From the IMG/VR virus record IMGVR_UViG_3300010882_000009: a DNA stretch of 64,000 nucleotides; one strand, given 5' to 3'. Both the position numbers and the translations under genes were made by a program. The notes beneath the pieces are model-generated. The model did no database searches, was not told the origin of the DNA, and saw nothing but the letters and a program-made list of their open reading frames with translations. Of this stretch, positions 40,993 to 51,974 are shown piece after piece (the stretch's first letter is position 1; every line of letters starts with the position of its first letter). This DNA comes from a virus (taxonomy: Duplodnaviria; Heunggongvirae; Uroviricota; Caudoviricetes).

Positions 40993-41462
40993 CGATTGAT
41001 CAATATTATTCATTAGAAAATACACGAACTAATTTATTAAACAAAGACTTTATGACTGAAGCATTAAAAAATATTGGCAGCCATAAAAATAGGACATTAA
41101 TATATGGAATATCTTATTATTATGATAACCCAGTTTACACTCATATATACCTGCATAGTGGGAAGATATTCAAAGTTATAAAAACAGATGATAATAAATT
41201 AATTAGAATGCCAGTAGATAGTGTATATGATATTATATTATTTAGATGCTACTATGAATTATCTGATTATAATTTTTGCAAATATATATTATCTATGTCT
41301 ATGGTAACAAATCTAAATTTTGCAACAATTGAAAATGATAATGTATTATATACAATTAAAACATCTAATAAAAAATATTACGGCGAAATATTAGAATATC
41401 ATAAAACTAGAGCTGGGGATCCTGATTTATTGCCAGAATCTCAAAAGGGATTATACGAATAA
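40989..41462 (+). CDS. hypothetical protein
   Basis: ATGA overlap with the ligA stop. Confidence 0.7.
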   Translation: MTIDQYYSLENTRTNLLNKDFMTEALKNIGSHKNRTLIYGISYYYDNPVYTHIYLHSGKIFKVIKTDDNKLIRMPVDSVYDIILFRCYYELSDYNFCKYILSMSMVTNLNFATIENDNVLYTIKTSNKKYYGEILEYHKTRAGDPDLLPESQKGLYE

Positions 41463-41507
41463 AATATCAAATATAATTTAAATAATTTTAATAGAGGATG
41501 ATATAAA

Positions 41508-42410
41508 ATGAAAGTATTTTATCATAATGATCATGACGGATACTGTGCAGGTGCTATAATAGCAAACTATACTGGCAATTATAATAAGGATGACTATTTT
41601 GAAGTTGATTATATTAACAATACAATTCAAACAAATAAAATAAGTATAGGTGAACAAGTTTATATTGTAGATTACTCATTTAAAGAAAATACAGTACATA
41701 TACTAGATAAAATTGTCAATGAAATGAAGTGTGATGTAATATTTATAGACCATCATGATAGCACTTTAAAATTGCAAGAGCAACCTGAATATACATGGAT
41801 AAAAGATATTAAAGGCATTCGCAGCAAAGATTATTGTGGCGCTATGTTAACATGTATGTATCTATATAACACAAAATATGATGTGCCATATTTCATTGAA
41901 TTGATCGATGATTATGATTGTTGGAAATATAATTTTGGTGATGAAACAACATACTTTAAACTAGGATTAGAAACAATGCCATTTAATGCACTTGATAATA
42001 TTTGGAGATTTTTATTTAAAGAACATATTGAAAATATAGGATTAAATGTTCTTGAAGATGTTATTGAAAAAGGCAAACTAATTAAAACATATATAGATAA
42101 TAATAACAAATATCATAAAGAGAAATATGCATACGAGACTGAAATTGCTGGGTATAAATGCTTGGCAATTAATAGACGTGAAAATGCGTGGATATTTGGA
42201 GAAGATTATAACAACTATCAAACTGTTATGGTTTCTGCATTTAATGGAGAATGTTGGCAGTATACATTATACTCATCTGATAAAACAGTTGATTGTGGTG
42301 CTATAGCTGAGAGCTATGGTGGTGGAGGGCATAGAGGAGCTGCTGGATTCAATTTAAAGGATATGCCATTTATAAAAACTGCAAGCACTACTATAATCAA
42401 AGAAAAGTAA
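41508..42410 (+). CDS. DHH/DHHA1 family phosphoesterase
   Basis: YHNDHDG, IVDYS, IDHH, GGGHRGAAG. Confidence 0.9.
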   Translation: MKVFYHNDHDGYCAGAIIANYTGNYNKDDYFEVDYINNTIQTNKISIGEQVYIVDYSFKENTVHILDKIVNEMKCDVIFIDHHDSTLKLQEQPEYTWIKDIKGIRSKDYCGAMLTCMYLYNTKYDVPYFIELIDDYDCWKYNFGDETTYFKLGLETMPFNALDNIWRFLFKEHIENIGLNVLEDVIEKGKLIKTYIDNNNKYHKEKYAYETEIAGYKCLAINRRENAWIFGEDYNNYQTVMVSAFNGECWQYTLYSSDKTVDCGAIAESYGGGGHRGAAGFNLKDMPFIKTASTTIIKEK

Positions 42411-42457
42411 TTAAATACTTTAAAGATTTGTTAAATAAATATGGGGAATGGTGCTAA

Positions 42458-42676
42458 ATGACAGAAAAAATAAAATGTACTCACTGTGAGAAATATGCTA
42501 ATCGTGAATACTATATAGAAAATTATGGATTATGTGAAGAAGAAATAGAATGTGAATGTGGATATTATTATAAGTTTGCATATGGGAACTATCGTGAACA
42601 AATACCGGGAAAAGAAATGATGTGGTGGGATTGGCAAGATAAAACACGCAAACCATGTATGGAGGAATTTTTGTGA
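42458..42676 (+). CDS. small Cys-rich protein
   Basis: CTHC...CECG. Confidence 0.55.
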   Translation: MTEKIKCTHCEKYANREYYIENYGLCEEEIECECGYYYKFAYGNYREQIPGKEMMWWDWQDKTRKPCMEEFL

Positions 42677-43233
42677 TTTACATAAAAGATTTAATAAAAA
42701 TGTTAGATTAAACCGAGAAGCCTATTTCAGTTCAATTCACAGAAGCATTTGAAGACGGCGGTAATGAGCCAAACGCTATGATGAAAGCATATCTTACATC
42801 TATTACATATTCAAAATCTGATGAATGCTATAGATTAGATTTTAGTATGAATGAATTCTTAGAATTTAATAAAACTGTTGCTAAAGCAAATTTCTACGAT
42901 ACTAACTACAATCCTTGCTTAACATGGTTTGAAGCATGTTACCCTGACAATGGTAAGATTTATACATACTGGGATGAAGGTTATGATATTGATATATTTA
43001 ATATTGTTAAAAATAATCCCTGGACTGAATGTTCTGATGCGTTGCCAAATGGATTGTCAAAAATTATTAATGGAGAAACATATTATAATAATCTGTATGT
43101 GCAAGATAGAACTGAAATGTTCCATATAGCATACTACGATGAAGATTTATGTGTTTGGTTTGAGGTTAATTGTTCACCAATAGCAGATATTGTCCGTTGG
43201 TGTGATTGTTTGCCAGAACCACCAACTATTTAG
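42673..43233 (+). pseudogene. paralog of 5227..5727 with in-frame TAA and a different C-terminal domain
   Basis: GGAGG RBS and GTG 42673: MIYIKDLIKMLD*TEKPISVQFT vs MHIKELIKMIKDNGEPIAVQFT; TAA at 42709-42711. Confidence 0.7.
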
Positions 43234-43391
43234 AAAAATATATAGTTAGTTTGTAGTTCGCAAAAGCATATTATTAACAATGAACAATATGACGTAATAG
43301 TATCTAATAGACATACTGTATTTATATCGTTATGGCACAAATAATCCGTATAGATAATATGATATTATACCGCATAGGCATAAAATATTTG

Positions 43392-43411
43392 AATAGATTT
43401 GGGATTCTATT
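43392..43411. repeat. 7-6-7 palindrome, copy 4
   Basis: AATAGAT-TTGGGA-TTCTATT. Confidence 0.7.
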
Positions 43412-43491
43412 CAAATAGAATGGGTGAAGAGGTTGTGAAATCATATCAAAACAAATTAAAAATAAATAAATATTGATTGGATGATTAAATA

Positions 43492-43749
43492 ATGATAAAC
43501 AATATAATGGGACTTCGAATAATAGAAATTCCTTACCAAATAACTAAAACGCAAAAACGCAAACATAAGAAGAAACGTATTAATAAAAAATGGGCAAAAA
43601 TATATGGCTTCGATATTATCAAATCACATATGTTGCCAGATAATTATAGTTGTATTCACACGCAAACAAATACATTATATTGTCATCCTAAAGTGGCTTA
43701 TGCGCTAAAAACAAATATACCAAATATGTATAAAGGGAATGATAATTAA
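43492..43749 (+). CDS. basic phage protein, paralog of 50970..51215
   Basis: RKHKKKRINKKWAKIYG...LYCHP shared. Confidence 0.75.
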   Translation: MINNIMGLRIIEIPYQITKTQKRKHKKKRINKKWAKIYGFDIIKSHMLPDNYSCIHTQTNTLYCHPKVAYALKTNIPNMYKGNDN

Positions 43750-43990
43750 CATGAGCATCGAACAAATAAAAGATATGCTAAAAGAACAAAAAAATACTTT
43801 TTGTATGTTTAAATGTAAATTTGGGAAAAATGGCAAAGCAAAATTAACAGGAGACGCTACAGTTAATAACGAAGTATATTGCATAAAATGTGAAGAAGAT
43901 ATGTGGCTTGATACTTGCGAAATAGAAGTTGAAGCTAATTTTTGCGAACATTGCCCATTAAATAAATTTATAGATTATATTTGTGTGTAA
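43739..43990 (+). CDS. Cys-rich hypothetical protein
   Basis: 83 aa; CIKC, CEHCPL. Confidence 0.55.
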   Translation: MIINMSIEQIKDMLKEQKNTFCMFKCKFGKNGKAKLTGDATVNNEVYCIKCEEDMWLDTCEIEVEANFCEHCPLNKFIDYICV

Positions 43991-44031
43991 TTAGAAAATT
44001 TATAGCCATATGGAATATATTCTATTAATAC

Positions 44032-44060
44032 TTGACATTATACAATAGATTTGCTATACT
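44032..44060 (+). promoter_or_regulatory. sigmaA promoter
   Basis: TTGACA-ttatacaatagatttgc(17)-TATACT. Confidence 0.8.
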
Positions 44061-44382
44061 ATTCACATGCCAAAAAATAAATAATAAAATAATTAATTTA
44101 AGGAGCGATTGTTATTCGGCACTTTGAACCAATTGATTATAAAAATAATAATTCTACAAATACATTAGTATTAGAACTTACACAGGCTGAGGCTGATGTT
44201 CTATTAAGTAGGAACTTACAGCAAATTAACTATCTAGCAAATATAATAAAGGAAGTTGTAGAATATGGAAGCACTGACCAAATTATAAATATATCACAAT
44301 CTATTACATTATTAAATACAATTAATAGCAAATTAATATCACAAGGAGCTAAAGAAGTTTATATTTTCAAGGAGTTGTAAAA

Positions 44383-45021
44383 ATGAAGGTATATGAGAAG
44401 ATGCGCTCTCTTAAAAAAATAGAACGCTGGCGATATATTGAACAACGGTTTTTAAGTTTAGCTAGAGTGCTATGGAAAGAGCTTGAAGACAAACTATCAT
44501 CATTTGCAAAAGCAGATGGTGATAGTATTGATATAGTAAAAGAAGAGCTGGTTGCTATAAATAATTTATTCTTAAACTGGTTTTATTCAAATGTAGAAGC
44601 AGAAGAATGGAAAGATACATTTATATATCCAGATAGTTATGAAGTTAGCAATAAAGGAAGAGTTCGTTCAAAAGATAGAGAGATAATAAATCCATCTACT
44701 AACACAGGAACTCAAAAAAGAAAAGGTAAAATATTAAAACAAACAATTAGTACTAAAGGATATCCACAAGTTGGGCTTAGTGCTAATGGCAAAAGAATAA
44801 CAATTAATGTACATAAATTAGTAGCAGTAGCATTCCTTCCAGACCCAGGCCCTATTCCAGAAGGTGAGAAGTATTGGGAAGTGAACCACAAATTTGGTGA
44901 TAAGTTAAACCCAGATGTAGCTAATCTTGAATGGGAAACTGGCGATGGGAATAGAAAACATGCTGTTGAATATGGATTAAGGGGAAGCAAATATGGTAGA
45001 GATATAGAGTTCGTTGATTAA
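44383..45021 (+). CDS. NUMOD4/HNH homing-endonuclease-like protein
   Basis: EEWKD....YEVSNKGRVRS; VHKLVAVAF, EVNHK.GDK.N....NLEW. Confidence 0.85.
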   Translation: MKVYEKMRSLKKIERWRYIEQRFLSLARVLWKELEDKLSSFAKADGDSIDIVKEELVAINNLFLNWFYSNVEAEEWKDTFIYPDSYEVSNKGRVRSKDREIINPSTNTGTQKRKGKILKQTISTKGYPQVGLSANGKRITINVHKLVAVAFLPDPGPIPEGEKYWEVNHKFGDKLNPDVANLEWETGDGNRKHAVEYGLRGSKYGRDIEFVD

Positions 45022-45647
45022 AGTTTACTGATTAAAACTATTTTAAATTATAGAACTTCATGTACTAAACTTTATTTCTTATGAAATATAAAACAATAGT
45101 GAATATGCCAGTTGTTATGAAGTCGTAAAATAGAAAAACAAACGCCAAGTGCGGCGAATATTGGAGTGTGTAATATGGGTAAAAAATTTAGAGTAGTATT
45201 ACAAGGTAATGATGTTAACATTGTATATGCTGACAAATTAGATTCTCGTGAAGCATTCAAAATTGCAAAAGAATATAATGAAACAGAAGCAGATAAATTT
45301 GATATAGAACATACTGCAACAGTAATGGTTGATACATTTATCCCTCATAACGGACTTTATATCAATAATTAATATAAATAATATGAATATGATAAGGAAT
45401 GATTAATAATATGGAACAACAAATTGATAAATGGTATGAAATATATATTGTAGATGAAACTAATCTTTATACTACAATGACTAGATTTGACGATACTATG
45501 CTATTATTACAAGAATATGGGCATGTAGATACAATTGTTATTAATTTATGTTATACAGGTGGAAGTTTTGAAACTATTTATAATAAAACAAATGGAATTG
45601 TACTTAAAGATATAAAATAAAATAGAAAGGATGGAATTGTAATTAAT

Positions 45648-45947
45648 ATGAATCAAAATATAATTAATAGAAAACAGCATTTGTTAATATGCCTTATGGA
45701 AGAATGTGCAGAAGTACAACAAGCTTGTTCAAAAGCATTAAGATTTGGGATTGATGATAAATTTGAAGATCAGCCTACACCACATGATCAGATTAATCTT
45801 GAATTAAATGACTTGTTTACAATTATTAATATGTTGAAAGAAGAAGATATAGCTACAGATTATGGCAACATATTTGATATTCACGATAAACAAGATAGAG
45901 TTGAGCATTATATGCAGTATGCAATAGATAGAGGATTATTAGAATAG
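45648..45947 (+). CDS. MazG-like nucleotide pyrophosphohydrolase
   Basis: LMEECAEV.QA.SK.LRFG...ELNDL. Confidence 0.65.
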   Translation: MNQNIINRKQHLLICLMEECAEVQQACSKALRFGIDDKFEDQPTPHDQINLELNDLFTIINMLKEEDIATDYGNIFDIHDKQDRVEHYMQYAIDRGLLE

Positions 45948-45960
45948 AAGAAAGGAATGT

Positions 45961-46554
45961 ATGATTATAAGTAGTACAAATAGAAGTAATAAATCAAAAG
46001 AAAAAAGAGCAATAAACAAAGACTACTATGTTACACCAATAGAGCCAATAATTAAGTTTCTAAATGAATTTCAACATATAGAAAATTATACATTTAAAGA
46101 CAAATTAATATTAGACCCATGTGCTGGTGGCGATATAAATAATGATATGAGTTATCCTAAAGCACTTAAACAAATTGGGGCAACAAAAGTAGCAACATTA
46201 GATATAAGACAAGATAGCAAGGCATACATAAAAACAGATTATCTTACATATGATTTGCCATTTAAACCAAATATGATTATCACTAACCCACCATTTAATA
46301 TAGCAATTGATATAATAAAAAAAGCACTTAATGATATAGCAGATGGATGCTGGGTTATAATGTTACAACGGTTAAACTTCTTTGGCACAATAGAAAGGAA
46401 GCCATTTTGGGATGAATTCATGCCACAATACGCATTTGTTCATAATAAAAGAATGAGTTTTATTAAAGGCAGTTCAACTGATTCAATTGAATACGCACAT
46501 TATGTATGGAAGAAAAATGATTATCCAGAATTTTGCAAGTTAAAAGTAATATAA
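45961..46554 (+). CDS. DNA amino-methyltransferase (probably N6-adenine)
   Basis: DYYVTP, LDPCAGG SAM-binding motif, ITNPPF catalytic motif. Confidence 0.85.
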   Translation: MIISSTNRSNKSKEKRAINKDYYVTPIEPIIKFLNEFQHIENYTFKDKLILDPCAGGDINNDMSYPKALKQIGATKVATLDIRQDSKAYIKTDYLTYDLPFKPNMIITNPPFNIAIDIIKKALNDIADGCWVIMLQRLNFFGTIERKPFWDEFMPQYAFVHNKRMSFIKGSSTDSIEYAHYVWKKNDYPEFCKLKVI

Positions 46555-46585
46555 TAATAATTTAATAATTGCGAGGTAATATATA

Positions 46586-47077
46586 ATGATAACTAACGAA
46601 AAATTAATTCCAAAAGATATTAATACATTAACAAAATTTGAGTTAAAAAAAATAGTTAATAGAGAACAACTTAAAGAAATGAGAAAGAAGTTAGGTGTAA
46701 GTAAAAATATATCAAAGGAACAATTAAATCATATTATAGAATCATTAAATCTTGCAAATGGATTTTATGAAAATGCTGAATGGCGATGGTTTGTAGAAGA
46801 TGGAGAACAAGTTAAAATTAATGTTGCCCGTATAAAAAACTCAAAATTATGGGATAATACTGACGAGTCATACAAAGAATTTATACTATCAAATGAAGAT
46901 ACAGTATTTCATGCATTATATGAAGAAAGCTACGACAAAAAAGATTGGGTAACATTAAAAGAAGATACTAAAGATCCAAAGTGGTTATTTTCTCCATATG
47001 ATTTGCTTGTTATTAATCCAGCAACAGATGTGTTTACTGAATTATTCAATGTTAGGATTGATAATGAGAATGAGTAA
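46586..47077 (+). CDS. hypothetical protein
   Basis: GAGGT RBS; 163 aa. Confidence 0.7.
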   Translation: MITNEKLIPKDINTLTKFELKKIVNREQLKEMRKKLGVSKNISKEQLNHIIESLNLANGFYENAEWRWFVEDGEQVKINVARIKNSKLWDNTDESYKEFILSNEDTVFHALYEESYDKKDWVTLKEDTKDPKWLFSPYDLLVINPATDVFTELFNVRIDNENE

Positions 47078-47215
47078 AGAGAATTAGACAATCTAAAAAA
47101 CATGTTAAAATCAGAAATCTCAATTCTTGATATGCTCAATAAAGTTCTTGAAACATCAGAGCCAGTAAATATTGATAGAGATTTGAGCTAAATTTAACAA
47201 TAGAAAGGAAATAAA

Positions 47216-48403
47216 ATGCAGAACACTATATTTATACCAACAAAATTAAATATAGGTTTTAAAGAAAGAAATGATACATATACAGGCCGTTTAGCATATA
47301 TAGTATATACTGACCAATCAGGTAAGCTTAGACAAGAAGCATCATGGAATAATTGGATAGACAAAAAAATAGAACCAGAAGAATATGAGAATACTCCATT
47401 GTCTGGATTTGTATTAAATAAAAAAGTTGGAGATTATAGTTATAGTTGGTGGGAACATAGAAAGGCAAAGGTAAGAGTATATGACCCACGCAACTTTGAA
47501 TTTGAGATTAGTATTGAAAACCTTCTACATATACTTGAAAATACAAACTCAATTAAGGGGAAAGGTCTTGAAGGTGATTTTGTATATGGTTGGGCTGGTA
47601 AGGAATTAGTTTTACTTCCAGTAGATTCTCCAGATTATAAAAAGATAAAAGAATATAATTATATAGTACATAATAATGAATATATAAAAGCCAAAGATTT
47701 AATATTAGGTGCTACATATGCTATGAAAGATAACAAAAATCTTATTTATATTGGAAGATATGATTCTCAATGGCATGTTGATGAAAAAATTGAGAAATAT
47801 TATTGGTTTGCAGAAGAGTCTATTGATAAAAAATATGATTCAAATAAATGTAGTAATGGATTATATTATAGATTCTATTATTGGAAGTCAATTAGCAAAA
47901 AGTTTATATCAATAATTTCAAATGAATGTAACTCTGCATATCCACATATATACACTCTACTAGAACATACAAATGGATTCTCACCATATGACCCAAGTAT
48001 GGATAAATATATTCCATATAGTTTTGAAGAATTTAAAGAAAATATAGGCGATATATTTTATGCAAAATCAAATGATATAAATTGTACAAATTATTATGAA
48101 TATAAGGTTAATAAATATGGCAAGTATTTTTATTACGAATATATTCATATAGATAATAAATATTATGTTACAATTAATCGTTGCTATTATAATAATTATA
48201 ATAATATTAATGTACAAAAAGATTATAATAATAGATTTGAATTTTCAAATATAAAAGATGAATTAATTCCATCATATTCATATCCATATTCATATTCACC
48301 AGCAAAATATTTTATACCACTACAAGCTAAAGAGCTATATGAAAAGTTACAACCTTTGAGACTACAAAAATATTTAAAAAATGGAAATATATATAATTAT
48401 TAA
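47216..48403 (+). CDS. hypothetical phage protein
   Basis: 395 aa; AAAGGA RBS; Tyr-rich C-terminal half. Confidence 0.8.
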   Translation: MQNTIFIPTKLNIGFKERNDTYTGRLAYIVYTDQSGKLRQEASWNNWIDKKIEPEEYENTPLSGFVLNKKVGDYSYSWWEHRKAKVRVYDPRNFEFEISIENLLHILENTNSIKGKGLEGDFVYGWAGKELVLLPVDSPDYKKIKEYNYIVHNNEYIKAKDLILGATYAMKDNKNLIYIGRYDSQWHVDEKIEKYYWFAEESIDKKYDSNKCSNGLYYRFYYWKSISKKFISIISNECNSAYPHIYTLLEHTNGFSPYDPSMDKYIPYSFEEFKENIGDIFYAKSNDINCTNYYEYKVNKYGKYFYYEYIHIDNKYYVTINRCYYNNYNNINVQKDYNNRFEFSNIKDELIPSYSYPYSYSPAKYFIPLQAKELYEKLQPLRLQKYLKNGNIYNY

Positions 48404-48417
48404 AGGGGATTTATATT

Positions 48418-48873
48418 ATGTATGATAAAAATGTTAAAAATATAAATAGTAATTCTAATAATGATTCAAGAATTATGGAATTAAAGGAACAAATTATAAA
48501 GAAGAAGAATGAACTTGGGAAAGCACCAAGCTTTTCTCCTATAACAAACTGTATACTTGAATATGATGGGATTAAATATAATTTGCATGCTACTAATAAA
48601 ACAGAATTATTACTACTTACATTAAAATTAAATGCATTAATTATGTCTGCATATAATGTAGGTATGACAGACGAAGATATTGAGTTAATGGTTATAATTA
48701 GTGGATACAGCATAATTTATTGGTTAGCAGATATACAATGTAAGGCAAGTATAATTGAATATGATGAAGAAAAAAAGAAATTATCAAAGATGGAAGCTAA
48801 ACTAGATAAATTACTTACGAATGAAAAACGTACATCACTTGAAATTGACGATATTGCGTCTATGTTAGATTAA
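48418..48873 (+). CDS. hypothetical protein
   Basis: 151 aa; coiled-coil-like C-terminus. Confidence 0.7.
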   Translation: MYDKNVKNINSNSNNDSRIMELKEQIIKKKNELGKAPSFSPITNCILEYDGIKYNLHATNKTELLLLTLKLNALIMSAYNVGMTDEDIELMVIISGYSIIYWLADIQCKASIIEYDEEKKKLSKMEAKLDKLLTNEKRTSLEIDDIASMLD

Positions 48874-48965
48874 TAGTAATAATTAAGAATTAATTAAATA
48901 TAATTGACTGCTGGTTTATATAAATTAATAAATCAGCAATCAATTATATAAGAAAGAGTGATATT

Positions 48966-49392
48966 ATGCTATGTAAATTATGTTCAATAAAACCATATGC
49001 TAAAGGAATAAAGCTAGTTTCATGTGTGTTATAAGAAATTACCAACATCTTATGGCAATAAGTCTAATATATGTTTTAAATGTTCAGATATATTGAATCT
49101 ATGTACAACTTGTGGAAAGCAATATTTTGAAGATAAAGATGATAATTATATTGATGCAAAAAATGAATATAATACTAATATAATAAAAGATAATAAACCA
49201 AGAGACTATTTAGGCAATATTTTATCTTGTGGTGATAATGTTATTGTATGCACACATAATAGATTATTTGACAAAGGTATTATATTAAGCATTACTAATG
49301 AAAGGGCTATAGTAGTAGGTATGCACGGAGAGAAAAATAAACAACAATATGAACGAGGGTATATATTTAAGAAAATATTAAAATTAGTATAA
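48966..49392 (+). pseudogene. Cys-rich protein, probably frameshifted
   Basis: ATG 48966 MLCKLC...VSC stops early; Cys-rich reading continues in the frame of 49024..49392. Confidence 0.45.
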
Positions 49393-49528
49393 TACTTGAC
49401 TTTATTATTTCTCTATGATAATATATAATATATTAACATTATAATATATTAATAAGAAATGGGTTATGTTTTAAAAAGTGTAAGAAATTAAAAATTATGG
49501 TTTCTATTTATTAAAAGTAATTAGGCAG

Positions 49529-50167
49529 GTGATTATAATAGAAGTAATTCAGTTAATAGATAGTGGTGGCTATGTATATAGATATAACAAAGAAAATGGA
49601 TATAAACCAACAAGAGATATAACAAAAGCCACAAAATTTGATGATGGAGAAGCGCAGCAATTTATTAATAATAAAATAAAAAAAACATTAAGATGCAAGT
49701 ATGAAGTATTAAAATATAATATCAAAGAAACAAATAATCATAATGACAAAGATAAATCTATATTATTTGACTTGATAATAGACACTCCATTTAACTCTCT
49801 TGACTTTGACTGGGAAGAGAAATTACGACAAGAAGAGAAATTTAGATATGATATTGAATCCTACCGTTCAAATTTACCTGTTATGTTAAATGAATGTGAA
49901 GGTGCAATATGTGATATAGAACATTATGCACAACTATATAAATACAATGCATCAGAAGGCTATTCGCTATTTAAGCTTTTAGGCGAATATCGTATAAAGA
50001 GAGATAAAATAAAAACAGAAATGAAAATACTTGATATGATCAGTAAAAATGATACTACACATGAGCATTTATATAAATTAAAAGAAAGTAATAAGAATAG
50101 AGAGTATTGTCCACGAGTATTAAAGGATTTATTCAAAGGTAAAACTATGCGTGTTGATATGGCATAA
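49529..50167 (+). CDS. hypothetical protein
   Basis: 212 aa; follows TTGACT-17-TAATAT promoter-like site (49396-49424). Confidence 0.7.
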   Translation: MIIIEVIQLIDSGGYVYRYNKENGYKPTRDITKATKFDDGEAQQFINNKIKKTLRCKYEVLKYNIKETNNHNDKDKSILFDLIIDTPFNSLDFDWEEKLRQEEKFRYDIESYRSNLPVMLNECEGAICDIEHYAQLYKYNASEGYSLFKLLGEYRIKRDKIKTEMKILDMISKNDTTHEHLYKLKESNKNREYCPRVLKDLFKGKTMRVDMA

Positions 50168-50178
50168 AACAGTATTTT

Positions 50179-50198
50179 AATAGAAGAATCATTCTATT
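50179..50198. repeat. 7-6-7 palindrome, copy 5
   Basis: AATAGAA-GAATCA-TTCTATT just after stop 50167. Confidence 0.75.
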
Positions 50199-50535
50199 AA
50201 AATTAAATACTTCAAAAATAAAAATAAACAACAAAAAAAACTGAATGGACTGTGGAAATGGGTAGCAATACTAATATTAATAAAAATAATAAAACCAATA
50301 ATGAATTAATTAAACTAGCAGAAAAATTTGTTAAATATAATAAAAATATATGCATATTAAAAGAGCAAAAAATTATTAATTTCACAGATTATAATGACAA
50401 TATATCTAAAATGAATAAGCTATTCGATGGATTAAATGATAAAAATAAAGAAACTCTTGCTGATTATATTATGCAGATGCAAATTAATAATGCAATGAGT
50501 TTTACAATATAATAGTGGATAGGGGATAGATATAA

Positions 50536-50937
50536 ATGAATAAAAATAAATTAAAATCTGGAATGTTTGTTATAACTAAAAACAAAAATAAATGGATGGT
50601 ATTAGAAAACTATGGTACTAACCATCCTATAACTTTAAACACATGGGTTCTTGTATCTGATTTTGGATTAATAGATTGTAGTATGTATAATTTCGACTTG
50701 ACAAATAAGGCTGATGACAATTTCAACATTATAGAAATATATTGTCCCAAAACAGAATTAGATATAATAACAGATGATTTAAATAGAAAAAAACTTATAT
50801 GGTGTGATAGAACTAAAGACTGTGATGGATGTATTCATGAAAGTAAATATGATGTATCTGAAGCTTTATATGGCTTTGGTTGTCCTTGTTATGGATGCAA
50901 AAGAATAGCTGAAGATAAATATAAAAGTGATATTTAG
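50536..50937 (+). CDS. hypothetical protein
   Basis: 133 aa; C-terminal CDGC...CYGC. Confidence 0.7.
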   Translation: MNKNKLKSGMFVITKNKNKWMVLENYGTNHPITLNTWVLVSDFGLIDCSMYNFDLTNKADDNFNIIEIYCPKTELDIITDDLNRKKLIWCDRTKDCDGCIHESKYDVSEALYGFGCPCYGCKRIAEDKYKSDI

Positions 50938-50969
50938 TATAGATTTGAGGTATTAATATTAACAACAAT

Positions 50970-51252
<283 letters not shown>

Positions 51253-51293
51253 ACTATCAAAATAATGTATATAATAAAATTAGAATAGAAGGT

Positions 51294-51974
51294 GTGTATT
51301 ATATTATGGCAAGTATTTCAAATGTAAATATATATGGTCTGGCAGAAAGTATTTATCGTAGTGGATATCCAATGTTAGAAGTTGCTCCAACTGAAAATGA
51401 GTTTAATGATGCAGTATCAAAGATTCAAATAGCTATTAATTCAGTTACATATATTGATGATGTTACACAAAAACATATCAAAAGAGCTATTAAGCTTGCT
51501 AATATGAAAGGAGGTGGGCATGAACAATTCCTAACTGGAATTACAGTGGCATTTGATATTACACTATCTAATAAGGCATGGGTAGAAGCAGAGCGATATA
51601 AATTTTTAAATTTTGTTTCATCAATGAGTACAATGCACCGTATATCAAAAATGCCAATTGGTTACTGCTGTAATAAATATGTAGAAAATAGTATCATGAG
51701 AACAGTATCTGGACTACAAAAAACATATAATGCAATAGATGGAAATATATATCCAGAAAAGAAAAAAGAAGCGTATTTAAAATTACTTTATAATACTCCA
51801 TCTGGTTTCGAGATAACAGCCGGGATGATTACAAATTATCGTTGTTTGAGAAATATCTTTTCACAGAGAAAAAGTCATCGTCTTATTAATGATTGGGGTG
51901 TTGTGTGTGATTGGATAGAAACTCTGCCTATGGCAAAAGAGTTGATATGCGGAGGAATCGTTAATGAGTCCTAA
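51294..51974 (+). CDS. divergent ThyX-like protein (putative)
   Basis: GHEQFL, ERY..SSMSTMHRI, TNYRCLRNIFSQRKSHRL..W; nucleotide-metabolism context; lacks canonical RHR. Confidence 0.5.
   Translation: MYYIMASISNVNIYGLAESIYRSGYPMLEVAPTENEFNDAVSKIQIAINSVTYIDDVTQKHIKRAIKLANMKGGGHEQFLTGITVAFDITLSNKAWVEAERYKFLNFVSSMSTMHRISKMPIGYCCNKYVENSIMRTVSGLQKTYNAIDGNIYPEKKKEAYLKLLYNTPSGFEITAGMITNYRCLRNIFSQRKSHRLINDWGVVCDWIETLPMAKELICGGIVNES

Noticed and set aside
42709..42711. Stop-codon reassignment
   Set aside because: A single in-frame TAA; TAA, TAG and TGA all end conserved genes normally and coding density is high under the standard code.
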